Assembly (NCBI GenBank): GCA_036147595.1
Contig: JAYYIG010000038.1
Location: 7,734-71,733 of the forward strand
Source: Verrucomicrobiota bacterium
GTDB taxonomy: Bacteria; Verrucomicrobiota; Verrucomicrobiia; Opitutales; Seribacteraceae
Direction of reading: 5' to 3'
DNA: 64,000 nucleotides
The notes beneath the pieces are model-generated. The model was not told the origin of the DNA and searched no databases. It was given only the letters and a program-made list of their open reading frames with translations. Below, piece after piece: positions 8,259 through 17,326 of the stretch (the first letter of the stretch is position 1; each line of letters starts with the position of its first letter). The position numbers and the translations under genes were made by a program.

Positions 8259-10813
8259 CCTTCGTTTTGGAGATGATTCAGTCCAGGTATTTCCGAAACC
8301 TTCTGCCAGTTTGCTCCGTCCCAGCAAGCTTGGTCTTCCAGAGAAAAATCATTATTTTTTAGAAATTCTTCGATTTGACTTAAATTGTACGGGCCAAATT
8401 GCTTGGCATTCTTGTAAAGGTAAACATTTGCAAGTGAGATTGAATCGCTCTCACGGTTTTCTCCCTCTTTTTCCAATTCCTTTCCATCCAAGATATTGAA
8501 ATTTGCTTCTTCAGCTTTGTCTGAGGGTTCCTCCTTTTCTTCACGCAATTCATTTTCAATAGGATCCAAATGTATTTTGGGAACCTCACGTATCTCTGAT
8601 GAAAAAGTCAGCGATTTGTGATCTTCAAAGCGAAAGAATTTTGCAATCAGAACTTCTGGCAATCTTTGCTTCACTGTTCTGTACCTCTCGATTCCATCGT
8701 TATATCCGGCACGCATCATCGAAACTTCATTTTCCATTCTGGCCAAACGATTCATCAAATCCTCCATCATTTCATTTCCCTTTAAATCAGGATAATCTTC
8801 TCTCAATGCGAATATGCGATTACTCACGCTCAATTCATGCCCCATAGCCTGATCTGCCTCTGCGGGAGTGAATGCGCTTTTTCCAACCACAGAATTCCGA
8901 AGGCGAGCAACTGCATTCATAATTCCTTTCTCGTGGGAAAGATAGTTTTTAACAACCTGTTCAAGATTGGGGATCAAATCGCTTCTTTTCTTTAGGGAAA
9001 CCTCTATATTTGCCCACGCTCGTTTCACTCGGTTGCGTAGAAATATCAAATCATTGTACATCAGTACAAACATGCTGAAGCTTAGAAATAATGGAGCAAA
9101 CATGGCTGCCAACAGAAAATCAGTAGCTGCAAATGAACCAACTGCACCAAACAGTATTAGCCCAAGAAAGATTGTAGCATTCTGGGCAATGCCCAACCCC
9201 AAAAGTCCTTTCCTGCCCTGCCTGAGCATTACCTCAGTTTCGGATTCATCAGAAATGATGAATGGAAATTTATCCTTTCCATCAGAAACGGCTAATTTAT
9301 CCCCTTCGACTTCATCGATTACTGCAGAACCTAAAACATATACCTCTACATCTTTAGGAAGATGCCATTCATAATAGGTTCTTCTACCTCGCCTTTTTTC
9401 GAATTTCAATTCCGCAGTCACCTCTGCTCCGTCAGGAATGATCTTGGTATTGCCTTCTCGATCCTTGCAATAAAAAGGAATTTCATGGGTTTCATCTTTG
9501 ATTACAACAATTGTAGTTTCTTTACCGGAGCGTCGCTTTTCAGTGATCTTGTGCCTGTAATATACGCACTTTTCTTTTGTTTCAGGTCCTGTTAAAGGAG
9601 CATAATCTTCCGTGAATTCGATTTGTCCCTTCAACTCAGATGGTCCGTAAGAAATTCCACTGGATAAGGATGTTGGAATATTCTCCACATATCGCTTTAT
9701 TTTGATTCGTCGGAAACCGAAATAAACACCGAGTAGAATTAAAATTATAGCAACAAGCATGGAAACGAGCACTACCCATGTTTTGACAGGCGTTTTCTCA
9801 ATCCCTTCTTTATCGATTTCAGTCATTCCTCCCGGAAGTTTCCTTTTTTTGATTCCCCACAATGGAGCCAAGAAATTTTCAGGAAACCGCTCTAATATTT
9901 CATTTGTTCGAGAAATCGAAGCATAATAATTTTTCTTAATTCCCTTTGCTCTATCAATTAATTTTTCATCCAAGAGCGCCTTATTACCCAAGATTTTTTT
10001 CAACTCAGTGGTAGAGGATTCCTCCAACCGATCCATGCGATCATAACCATCCTGCAGATCATTCTTCATCATCGACATAGAGGCAAATAGAAGTACCATG
10101 AAAACCAGTACCGAGACCAAGGACAGAAAGACAAGCACTCTGTGAATACGGAATAGAAAACAGCTATATAAACACCCAAAGCAAAATAAAGAAATTCCCA
10201 GAGCATTAAACATAATGCCCTTTGTTCCCCAAGATGATCGATTCTCCAAAGCTCCATCATTGGAAAGAATAGGTGTATACGACCCAGGTAGATCAAAAGA
10301 TATGTAAGAATCTTTGGATTTGGTATCAGCCATGGCAAAAGCATATACCTTCTCTCCAGGATCAATTCTCCACTCCGTATATCGATATCTTCCTGATTCA
10401 TGTTTATAATCCTTATGCAAATCGGGCGAAACTCCTCCACGAGTTAATTTAACAAGAACTTTCCCAGTCTTATCACCAAGAAAAAAGTCAGACGATTGAG
10501 AACCTCTTTCTACTGTCACCCATTTGGTCTCACCCTCTGAATCTTTTTCCTCTCTTTCTTTGAGAAAGCGATGATAAAGACAGGATGTCTTGGTATATCT
10601 TGAAACAAGTAAACTTTTCGATTTCTCGGCAGTACCCTCGATGCTTACCTCTCCACTAACTATATGATTTGCAGAGACTTTTGGTACTCGTTCCATTTGC
10701 CTCATTTCGCGAATGTACTCCGTGCCCTCTTTTTGAGAACAATATCCTAAAAAGAAACACAAAACTGCTACCAAGGGCCAAATTACTGATTTTATTGCTT
10801 TATAAAACCCCAC
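8255..10813 (-). CDS. Multi-pass membrane protein: GIDE-like x2, LemA and a C-terminal GYF_2 (DUF4339)-like domain
   Basis: LemA motifs (YNDLIFLRNRVKRAWANIEVSLKKRSDLIPNL..EDYPDLK..YNDGIERY); two GIDE-like beta regions (CLY/CVYY..F...D.TG/EG); C-terminal QFGPY..W.G..W...IPGL. Confidence 0.8.
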   Translation of the reverse strand: MGFYKAIKSVIWPLVAVLCFFLGYCSQKEGTEYIREMRQMERVPKVSANHIVSGEVSIEGTAEKSKSLLVSRYTKTSCLYHRFLKEREEKDSEGETKWVTVERGSQSSDFFLGDKTGKVLVKLTRGGVSPDLHKDYKHESGRYRYTEWRIDPGEKVYAFAMADTKSKDSYISFDLPGSYTPILSNDGALENRSSWGTKGIMFNALGISLFCFGCLYSCFLFRIHRVLVFLSLVSVLVFMVLLFASMSMMKNDLQDGYDRMDRLEESSTTELKKILGNKALLDEKLIDRAKGIKKNYYASISRTNEILERFPENFLAPLWGIKKRKLPGGMTEIDKEGIEKTPVKTWVVLVSMLVAIILILLGVYFGFRRIKIKRYVENIPTSLSSGISYGPSELKGQIEFTEDYAPLTGPETKEKCVYYRHKITEKRRSGKETTIVVIKDETHEIPFYCKDREGNTKIIPDGAEVTAELKFEKRRGRRTYYEWHLPKDVEVYVLGSAVIDEVEGDKLAVSDGKDKFPFIISDESETEVMLRQGRKGLLGLGIAQNATIFLGLILFGAVGSFAATDFLLAAMFAPLFLSFSMFVLMYNDLIFLRNRVKRAWANIEVSLKKRSDLIPNLEQVVKNYLSHEKGIMNAVARLRNSVVGKSAFTPAEADQAMGHELSVSNRIFALREDYPDLKGNEMMEDLMNRLARMENEVSMMRAGYNDGIERYRTVKQRLPEVLIAKFFRFEDHKSLTFSSEIREVPKIHLDPIENELREEKEEPSDKAEEANFNILDGKELEKEGENRESDSISLANVYLYKNAKQFGPYNLSQIEEFLKNNDFSLEDQACWDGANWQKVSEIPGLNHLQNEG

Positions 10814-10851
10814 TACATTTAAATTAGTGATGTGATAATTTTAATATCAAC

Positions 10852-10887
10852 AAAAAAGACGCATGGTTTGTCCGAACCATGCGTCTT
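10852..10887 (-). terminator. Intrinsic terminator-like hairpin
   Basis: Perfect 13-bp stem AAGACGCATGGTT/AACCATGCGTCTT with a 6-nt loop, followed by a U-tract on the minus strand. Confidence 0.75.
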
Positions 10888-11048
10888 ATTTTGAAGCTAT
10901 TGTTTTTAGTTCCTTGCCCGTGAACTAAAGGATAGCTATATGAACTCATAACCTGAGGATTTTAAAATAGGACAAATTTCTGAAGTTTTTAGCCCATACG
11001 TGTAACAATCCTGTAAGGAAGGTAAGCTACAATTGGGACCAGCAAACT

Positions 11049-12878
11049 TTATTTGCCATTAAAGTACTCAAGCCTTCTGTAAAACTCTCCCCTTGGAACA
11101 GAAATGGAAAATGATTTTGGATTTAAATCAAATCCGCAATGATCGCGAAAAAATGCGATGCTGTTCATTGCAAGTAAAACTTCTATCCTCGAATTAGATT
11201 GATTAGAGATATCAATTAGGCCCGGCATAGGATCTTTTCTGACAACCAAAGCGAGTGCCTCGATAGCGCGCATTCGAACCATTAAGTTTTTTTCTTTTGT
11301 AAGCGATTGCAGAGTGGAAGAGAGATTTTTCGCTTTTTCACCAAACTGGGAACATACCATACAGGCCCAATACCTCTCCCAGTCTGAACCGGATTTTAGA
11401 ATCTTGTTTATTTTAGCTTCTGCGTCCACAAACGGTAACAAAGCAAGGTCCGCAATTTCAATAAGTGCTTTTATCTCGCCCTTTTTTGAATTACCAAACG
11501 CCAATGGGTCAGCCAAGGCATTTTCAATCATATGGCTTTCTGGAAAGAAGCTAAGATCATTCTTTGATGCCAGATGCTTCCTTAATTTAGAGCGGAGTTC
11601 CAAAAGTACATTTTCAAAATCAGGGTTTCGAGACAAGTTATTGACCTCGTGAGGATCTAGCGACAAATCAAATAATTGCTCAGCCGGTCGGGGACGAAAA
11701 AATTGGCTCTGTTTGTCGTTGAGCTTGCCTGCAAAAAACATTTCACGCCATTCCTCATAGGCAAGCATGCGGTAGCGGTAGTTATTCTGAAGCCCATCTG
11801 GATAAAAACCCTGATAATTTCGAATGTACTTCCATTTTCCCTTTCTCACCGTCCGCACTAAATCGTATTTCTCATCGAAACGGTCGGCGTAACAATAAAC
11901 CTCATCCCTCTCTTTTAAATCCTTAGCTTTCACTCCCTTGCCAAGGAAAGGTTTTCCGTCCATGGATGCAGGAACATCAATTCCCGCAAGATTCAATATC
12001 GTGGGTCCAAAATCGATGAAACTTACAAATCCATCTGTTCGTGTTCCTAAATCATAATCAACGAGGTGAGAAAAATTTTTCGGAATACGGACGACTAAGG
12101 GTACATGAACTCCAGATTCATATGCATATCCTTTTCCCCGTGGTAAAACACCTCCATGATCGCCGAAATAAAATATAAATGTATCTTCCAACAGACCATC
12201 CTCTTCAAGTTTTTCAAGTGCTGAACCAATCAAGTCATCGATTACACTCATCCGGTCATGATAACGTGCGTGCGTGTATCGGAATATGGAAGTATCCGGA
12301 TGATAGGGATGTAACTTAACACTTTCCACAGGGGTATGCGTTTTCTCCTCTTTCATCAGCGTCTCTTTGAAATGGAGAGAACTCTCATGAGACTGCCCCA
12401 TAGACTGCATGTAGAAAAAGGGCATATCCTTTATTGGGCGGTTTCGCCAATTCGCTTTTTTACTCGATTGATCCCAAGCATTAATTCCCTTGATTATAAA
12501 GTTGTAATCCTGCTTTGAATTATTTGCACAGTAATATCCTGCATTTCGAAGAATCGCCGACCATGGTAAAACCCCCTTGGGCAAAGTAACAGACTCTGCC
12601 TTACGGTGGTATTGAATTCCCATTCTGGGTGCCCAAATCCCCAATGCCAAGGTCGATCGTGCTACCGAGCATACGGGGCCATTCGAAAACGCATGGTTAA
12701 AGGTCAATCCATTAGATGCCATTTTTTCGACATTAGGCATACTTCCGAATTTAGCGCCATAGTGCTTTAGATAATGAACCGAATTGTCCTCCGAGACTAG
12801 AAAAACAAAGTTGGGCTGTTTCGCCCAAACGAATCCAGAAATAATAAGAGTAACGAAAAGAATGAAGAAGGATTGCAC
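11049..12878 (-). CDS. Secreted sulfatase (S1 family) with a helical HEAT-like C-terminal extension
   Basis: Signal peptide, PNFVFLVSED, PVCSVARS signature, FYFGDHGG, G.HVPLVVR, EQLFDL..DPHEVNNL. Confidence 0.9.
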   Translation of the reverse strand: MQSFFILFVTLIISGFVWAKQPNFVFLVSEDNSVHYLKHYGAKFGSMPNVEKMASNGLTFNHAFSNGPVCSVARSTLALGIWAPRMGIQYHRKAESVTLPKGVLPWSAILRNAGYYCANNSKQDYNFIIKGINAWDQSSKKANWRNRPIKDMPFFYMQSMGQSHESSLHFKETLMKEEKTHTPVESVKLHPYHPDTSIFRYTHARYHDRMSVIDDLIGSALEKLEEDGLLEDTFIFYFGDHGGVLPRGKGYAYESGVHVPLVVRIPKNFSHLVDYDLGTRTDGFVSFIDFGPTILNLAGIDVPASMDGKPFLGKGVKAKDLKERDEVYCYADRFDEKYDLVRTVRKGKWKYIRNYQGFYPDGLQNNYRYRMLAYEEWREMFFAGKLNDKQSQFFRPRPAEQLFDLSLDPHEVNNLSRNPDFENVLLELRSKLRKHLASKNDLSFFPESHMIENALADPLAFGNSKKGEIKALIEIADLALLPFVDAEAKINKILKSGSDWERYWACMVCSQFGEKAKNLSSTLQSLTKEKNLMVRMRAIEALALVVRKDPMPGLIDISNQSNSRIEVLLAMNSIAFFRDHCGFDLNPKSFSISVPRGEFYRRLEYFNGK

Positions 12879-12930
12879 CTATCCCCTATAAGAGCGAACC
12901 ATACAACAAGTCCACTCCAATGATTAATGC

Positions 12931-14421
12931 CTAAGCAATAATATCTTGAATCACATGACCATGAATATCGGTCAGACGGAAATCGCGACCCTGATACCTG
13001 TAAGTAAGTTTTCGATGATCAATCCCAAGCAAATGCAGAATCGTGGCATTCAAATCATGCACGTGCATGGTATCTTGAGTCCAATGATGCTTATTTGGTT
13101 TAATCACATTTCCATCACGATCTGTAAGGTTATAGCCATAGTCATCGGATTGCCCGTAAGTGATTCCGGGTTTGATGCCACCTCCTGCCATCCATGTGGT
13201 AAATGCACGCGGATGATGATCCCGACCGTAATTCTCACGGGTTAATTTACCCTGACAGTAGGATGTTCTCCCAAATTCTCCTCCCCAGATGACAAGTGTA
13301 TCTTCAAGAAGTCCTCTTTGCTTAAGATCGGTAATCAGTGCTGCACAGCCCTGGTCCACATCTTTGCATTGGTTTTCATGCTCCCGCGGCAATCCGCCAT
13401 GAGCGTCCCAACCACGGTGAAAAATTTGAATATTCCGAACACCTCTTTCAGCTAATCTACGGGCATTCAAACAACAAGCCGCAAAAGTGCCTGCTTGCCT
13501 AGACTCCTGACCATAAAGTTCGAAGGTTGAGTCGGGCTCTTTGCTCAAATCCATTAATTCTGGCACGGAAGCCTGCATTCGATAAGCCATTTCATGCTGC
13601 TGAATCCTTGAAAGCACCTCAGGGTTAGCAAAGGACTTGTAATGATTTTGATTTAGTGCAGCCAATGCATCCAATTGAGCCCGACGATCCGAACGTGTAA
13701 CTCCCGCCGGATTATTTAAATACAATACGGGATCCTTTTCACTTCTGAGCAAAATTCCCTGATGATCCGAAGGCATGAAGCCTGTTCCCCAAAGCCTATT
13801 AAACAAACTTTGTTCAGCATGCTTGGATTTAGCATGCATAACAACATAACTGGGCAAGTCTTCATTCATCGTGCCTAAGCCATAGCTCAACCACGCACCC
13901 AAACTGGGGCGTCCCGGAATTTGGCTGCCCGTCTGGATGTAGGTGATGGCAGGGTCGTGATTTATCGCCTCCGTGAATGTGCCATTAATAACACATAAAT
14001 CCTTCACCACTTTAGCAGTGTGAGGAAGGAGAGAGCTCACCCACACGCCCTTATGATTGTTTTCCTCCTTAGTGAATTTATATTTACTTGGTGCAAGCGG
14101 AAGAGTTTTCTGCCCTGCAGTCATCCCGGTTATTCTTTGTCCATCCCTGACTTCAGATGGCAGATCCTTGCCAAACTCCTCGCTAAGTTTTGGTTTGTAA
14201 TCCCATAGATCGAGATGACTGGGCCCACCGCTCATAAATAAGTAGATTACCCGTTTAGCAGTAGCTTTGTGGTGAAGACCTTCAGCTACACCTGTTTTTC
14301 CCAACAAATCCTGATTAAGTAAACCCGCCATAGCTGCAGTACCCAGACCTAGAGCGGATTTACCAAAAAAGTGACGACGTGTAAGGTTTAAGTTTGATTC
14401 AAAAAATGGAGAAAAATTCAT
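12931..14421 (-). CDS. DUF1501 domain protein (Tat signal)
   Basis: TRRHFF Tat motif, KRVIYLFMSGGPSHLD, GWDAH, WGGEFGRT, GRDHH, GRDFRLTD. Start moved to ATG 14421. Confidence 0.92.
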   Translation of the reverse strand: MNFSPFFESNLNLTRRHFFGKSALGLGTAAMAGLLNQDLLGKTGVAEGLHHKATAKRVIYLFMSGGPSHLDLWDYKPKLSEEFGKDLPSEVRDGQRITGMTAGQKTLPLAPSKYKFTKEENNHKGVWVSSLLPHTAKVVKDLCVINGTFTEAINHDPAITYIQTGSQIPGRPSLGAWLSYGLGTMNEDLPSYVVMHAKSKHAEQSLFNRLWGTGFMPSDHQGILLRSEKDPVLYLNNPAGVTRSDRRAQLDALAALNQNHYKSFANPEVLSRIQQHEMAYRMQASVPELMDLSKEPDSTFELYGQESRQAGTFAACCLNARRLAERGVRNIQIFHRGWDAHGGLPREHENQCKDVDQGCAALITDLKQRGLLEDTLVIWGGEFGRTSYCQGKLTRENYGRDHHPRAFTTWMAGGGIKPGITYGQSDDYGYNLTDRDGNVIKPNKHHWTQDTMHVHDLNATILHLLGIDHRKLTYRYQGRDFRLTDIHGHVIQDIIA

Positions 14422-14437
14422 ATAAGAAGAAATTAGC

Positions 14438-17269
14438 TTAATACAAAAGAATGACAGGATCACTTGCCAGTACAGTGGACGAGACCTGAGTCCAGGCTGC
14501 TACATCTCTGGAATCTAGACTCGAGTCTAAATTTGCCAGACCAGTGGAAAGAAGAGAATCAGCTGATTCCGGTGAATTTGAGAATCGATTTCTGGCATCA
14601 TCCAAAAGACCAGCCAAAGCGTCATGTTCAATTTCGTTTGGTTTACGGGAAGCCAGAATTTGAAAAAGAAAATCAATACGATTTTTGTCGTCCTTTTTTT
14701 CACGGAGTAATCTCTCAGCCAGTTTTCTCGATGCCTCCACTCTTTGGGTCTCATTAAAGAACGCTAATGATTGTAAGGAGGTGTTGGTCCTCGATCGTTG
14801 TACGCAGCTCGTCTCTCTGCTAGGAGCATCAAAAAGGGTCATCATTGGGTGAGGAGATGTTCTTTTCCAATAAATGTACAGGCTTCTACGGTAAATACGG
14901 TCATCTTCGTCAGGAATGTAATTTTTCGTATTACTGGCTGGATGGGATAGGGCTTTCCACATTCCGGAGGGTTGATAAGGCTTAACCCCTTCACCACCTA
15001 ATTTGCGGTTAAGTAACCCGCCGGACCACAAAGCAAGATCACGCAAAACCTCAGCATCCAATCGATAGGAGGGTCCCCTACCCCAAAGTTTGTTTTCTGG
15101 GTCATTCAATTCAACGCGATACTTTGAGCTTTGCTGAAATGTTTTGCTTATCATCATTTGCTTAAGTAACCGCTTCAAATCCCAACCATTTTCCTGAAAA
15201 TCAACTGCTAACCAATCAAGGAGTTCAGGATGGGTAGGATGCTCGCCCTGTAGACCAAATTCCTCTGGAGTCCTTACAAGACCTTCACCAAAAACCATAA
15301 TCCAAAAACGATTAACCAAGACGCGTGCAGTTAATGGATTCTTTTTATCGGTCAACCAATCAACGAGTCCCATGCGATTGGCAGGCGCATTTTTGGGCAT
15401 TGCTCCAAGAACAGAAAACACTCCAGGTTTTAGAGGATCACCAATTGGCTGATTGTACTCTCCACGGTTTAAAATTTGAGTAACCCTTTTTCTTTGCTCT
15501 GGCAACTCTCGAGCCACAAGTGTAGTCGTTAGTAAGTTCTTACGACCCTCTGTCATTTCAATGAGTAATTTTTTTGCGTCTTGCAGAAGGGGATCGTTAC
15601 TAACGTTATCCGCCTTTAAAAGCTCAATTTCTGAAATTTGCATTTCTTTTGCGTCAATATCCGCAAGTTTGGGAAATGTAATTCTGTAAGATTTGAAACT
15701 CCTGTTATTATCGAAGAAAATCTTATGTTTTTGATTCCTTTTTTTGAAGTTAGGAACATCACCCTGTGAAATAAGGACAAACTTCTTGGCATCCATTGAC
15801 CCCTCCAACTTGTAAGCACTGGGATCTCTGCCAGGCACATCTTCAGCAGAGGTTAAGCTAAGCCCATTAATTACTCCTCCTAGAGTGTGAATTGTCAGTC
15901 CGCTGCCTTTGGCGTCATAATTTAAGTATTTTGTCCTGACATTGTCGTCTATTGCATGCTTGGGAGTCTGGGTCTTTGGAGTATTTTTCGAACTGCCGAC
16001 TACTTTTGAACTGGGTCGTGAAAGATCGGGAGACATTAGGGCAGTAAGATTTGCTAGATCAATTGTAGAATCGTCGAATTTTTCCGATTTTCTGATTTTC
16101 TCTAACAATTTTTTTTCTTCCGTGAGCAAAGCCTCCCACTTGGTTCTGGATTCAGGATCCTTTGCAACTGTAATATGATCTCCGTATTCATATTTGTTTC
16201 CATCCATGGAATGCTCCGCAGTGTTGTTGAAAAAAGCGAGGAATTCAAAATATTCCTGATGAGTAATGGGGTCATACTTATGAGTATGACACCGTGCACA
16301 AGTCAGGGAAAGTCCGAGCAAAGCAGTGCCGGTGGTTTCGACACGGTCGAAATTATTTTTGGCCTGAAATTCCATTGGAATAGCACCACCTTCTCCCGTG
16401 GTTGGATTCATCCTTACATAACCAGTTGCGATCAATTGATCCTCTGTAGGCTTGGGAAACAAATCTCCTGCCAGCTGCCAACGAATAAATTCATCAAAGG
16501 ATTGATTGTTATTCAGGGCACGAACAACCCAGTCACGGTACGGATAAATTCCTCTTCTGTTATCCAAGTGCAAACCATGAGTATCTCCATAGCGCACAGC
16601 ATCCAACCAAAACCTCGCAATGTGCTCTCCATAGTCCACCTTGGCAAACAATCGATCTAGAAATCGATCATAAGCATCGGGACGATTGTCTGCGAGAAAA
16701 GCTTCTACTTCTTTAGGTTCCGGTGGCAGTCCGTTGAGAATAAGAGATGCCCGTCGGACAAGCGTCGCCCTGTCTGCATCCTCTGCAAATCCATGGCCAT
16801 GCTTTTCTAGATCCTTGCCAATGAAGTGGTCAATAGGATTGTTTTTGGGCTCAACGCCTGCCTTGGTTGGAGCAACGAAAGACCAATGCTGGGCATATTC
16901 TGCACCCGACAAGATCCATTTTCGGATTACCTCTTTTTCTTTGTCGGTTAAAGTCTTTCCAAAATCTTCTGGGGGCATGGGATCTTCTTCATCAAGAATG
17001 CGGAAAAGTAACTCGCTTTCTTCCAAGTCACTTGGATTGATAGCGTGGTATCCCCCAAGATCTTTCTTTGCTAAATTTTCCAAATCGAGGCGAACCAGTT
17101 TGTCCTCTTTGGTATCTGGTCCGTGACAGGCAAAGCATTTATTGGACAAAATTGGTAACACATGACGGGCAAAATCAACTTCGAAATCTTTGCCCTGAAC
17201 CAAAGTGATCAAAAACAAAGGCAGAAAGAACTGAAAATTAAATTTCTTTGTCAAAGACATACTCCACAC
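14438..17269 (-). CDS. PSCyt1/DUF1549/DUF1553 planctomycete-type cytochrome c protein with a discoidin-like insert
   Basis: CFACHG, CARCHTHKYDP, WLDAVRYGDT, NPLTARVLVNRFW, PTHPELLDWLA, RRSLY. Confidence 0.92.
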   Translation of the reverse strand: MWSMSLTKKFNFQFFLPLFLITLVQGKDFEVDFARHVLPILSNKCFACHGPDTKEDKLVRLDLENLAKKDLGGYHAINPSDLEESELLFRILDEEDPMPPEDFGKTLTDKEKEVIRKWILSGAEYAQHWSFVAPTKAGVEPKNNPIDHFIGKDLEKHGHGFAEDADRATLVRRASLILNGLPPEPKEVEAFLADNRPDAYDRFLDRLFAKVDYGEHIARFWLDAVRYGDTHGLHLDNRRGIYPYRDWVVRALNNNQSFDEFIRWQLAGDLFPKPTEDQLIATGYVRMNPTTGEGGAIPMEFQAKNNFDRVETTGTALLGLSLTCARCHTHKYDPITHQEYFEFLAFFNNTAEHSMDGNKYEYGDHITVAKDPESRTKWEALLTEEKKLLEKIRKSEKFDDSTIDLANLTALMSPDLSRPSSKVVGSSKNTPKTQTPKHAIDDNVRTKYLNYDAKGSGLTIHTLGGVINGLSLTSAEDVPGRDPSAYKLEGSMDAKKFVLISQGDVPNFKKRNQKHKIFFDNNRSFKSYRITFPKLADIDAKEMQISEIELLKADNVSNDPLLQDAKKLLIEMTEGRKNLLTTTLVARELPEQRKRVTQILNRGEYNQPIGDPLKPGVFSVLGAMPKNAPANRMGLVDWLTDKKNPLTARVLVNRFWIMVFGEGLVRTPEEFGLQGEHPTHPELLDWLAVDFQENGWDLKRLLKQMMISKTFQQSSKYRVELNDPENKLWGRGPSYRLDAEVLRDLALWSGGLLNRKLGGEGVKPYQPSGMWKALSHPASNTKNYIPDEDDRIYRRSLYIYWKRTSPHPMMTLFDAPSRETSCVQRSRTNTSLQSLAFFNETQRVEASRKLAERLLREKKDDKNRIDFLFQILASRKPNEIEHDALAGLLDDARNRFSNSPESADSLLSTGLANLDSSLDSRDVAAWTQVSSTVLASDPVILLY

Positions 17270-17326
17270 ATAATTAAATTTAACGCTGAAAAGGGCAAGT
17301 AGACTCGTGCCTTAAAGTTTGAAATT

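Noticed and set aside
10895-10937. c-di-GMP-I or other known riboswitch, suggested by GGGCAA in the loop
   Set aside because: The rest of the consensus (GNRA loop, receptor, GCAAA junction) is absent; kept only as an unclassified hairpin.
10820-10950. ~41-codon minus-strand ORF (MSSYSYPLVHG...) as a leader peptide
   Set aside because: It runs through the terminator hairpin and has no regulatory codon run or SD.
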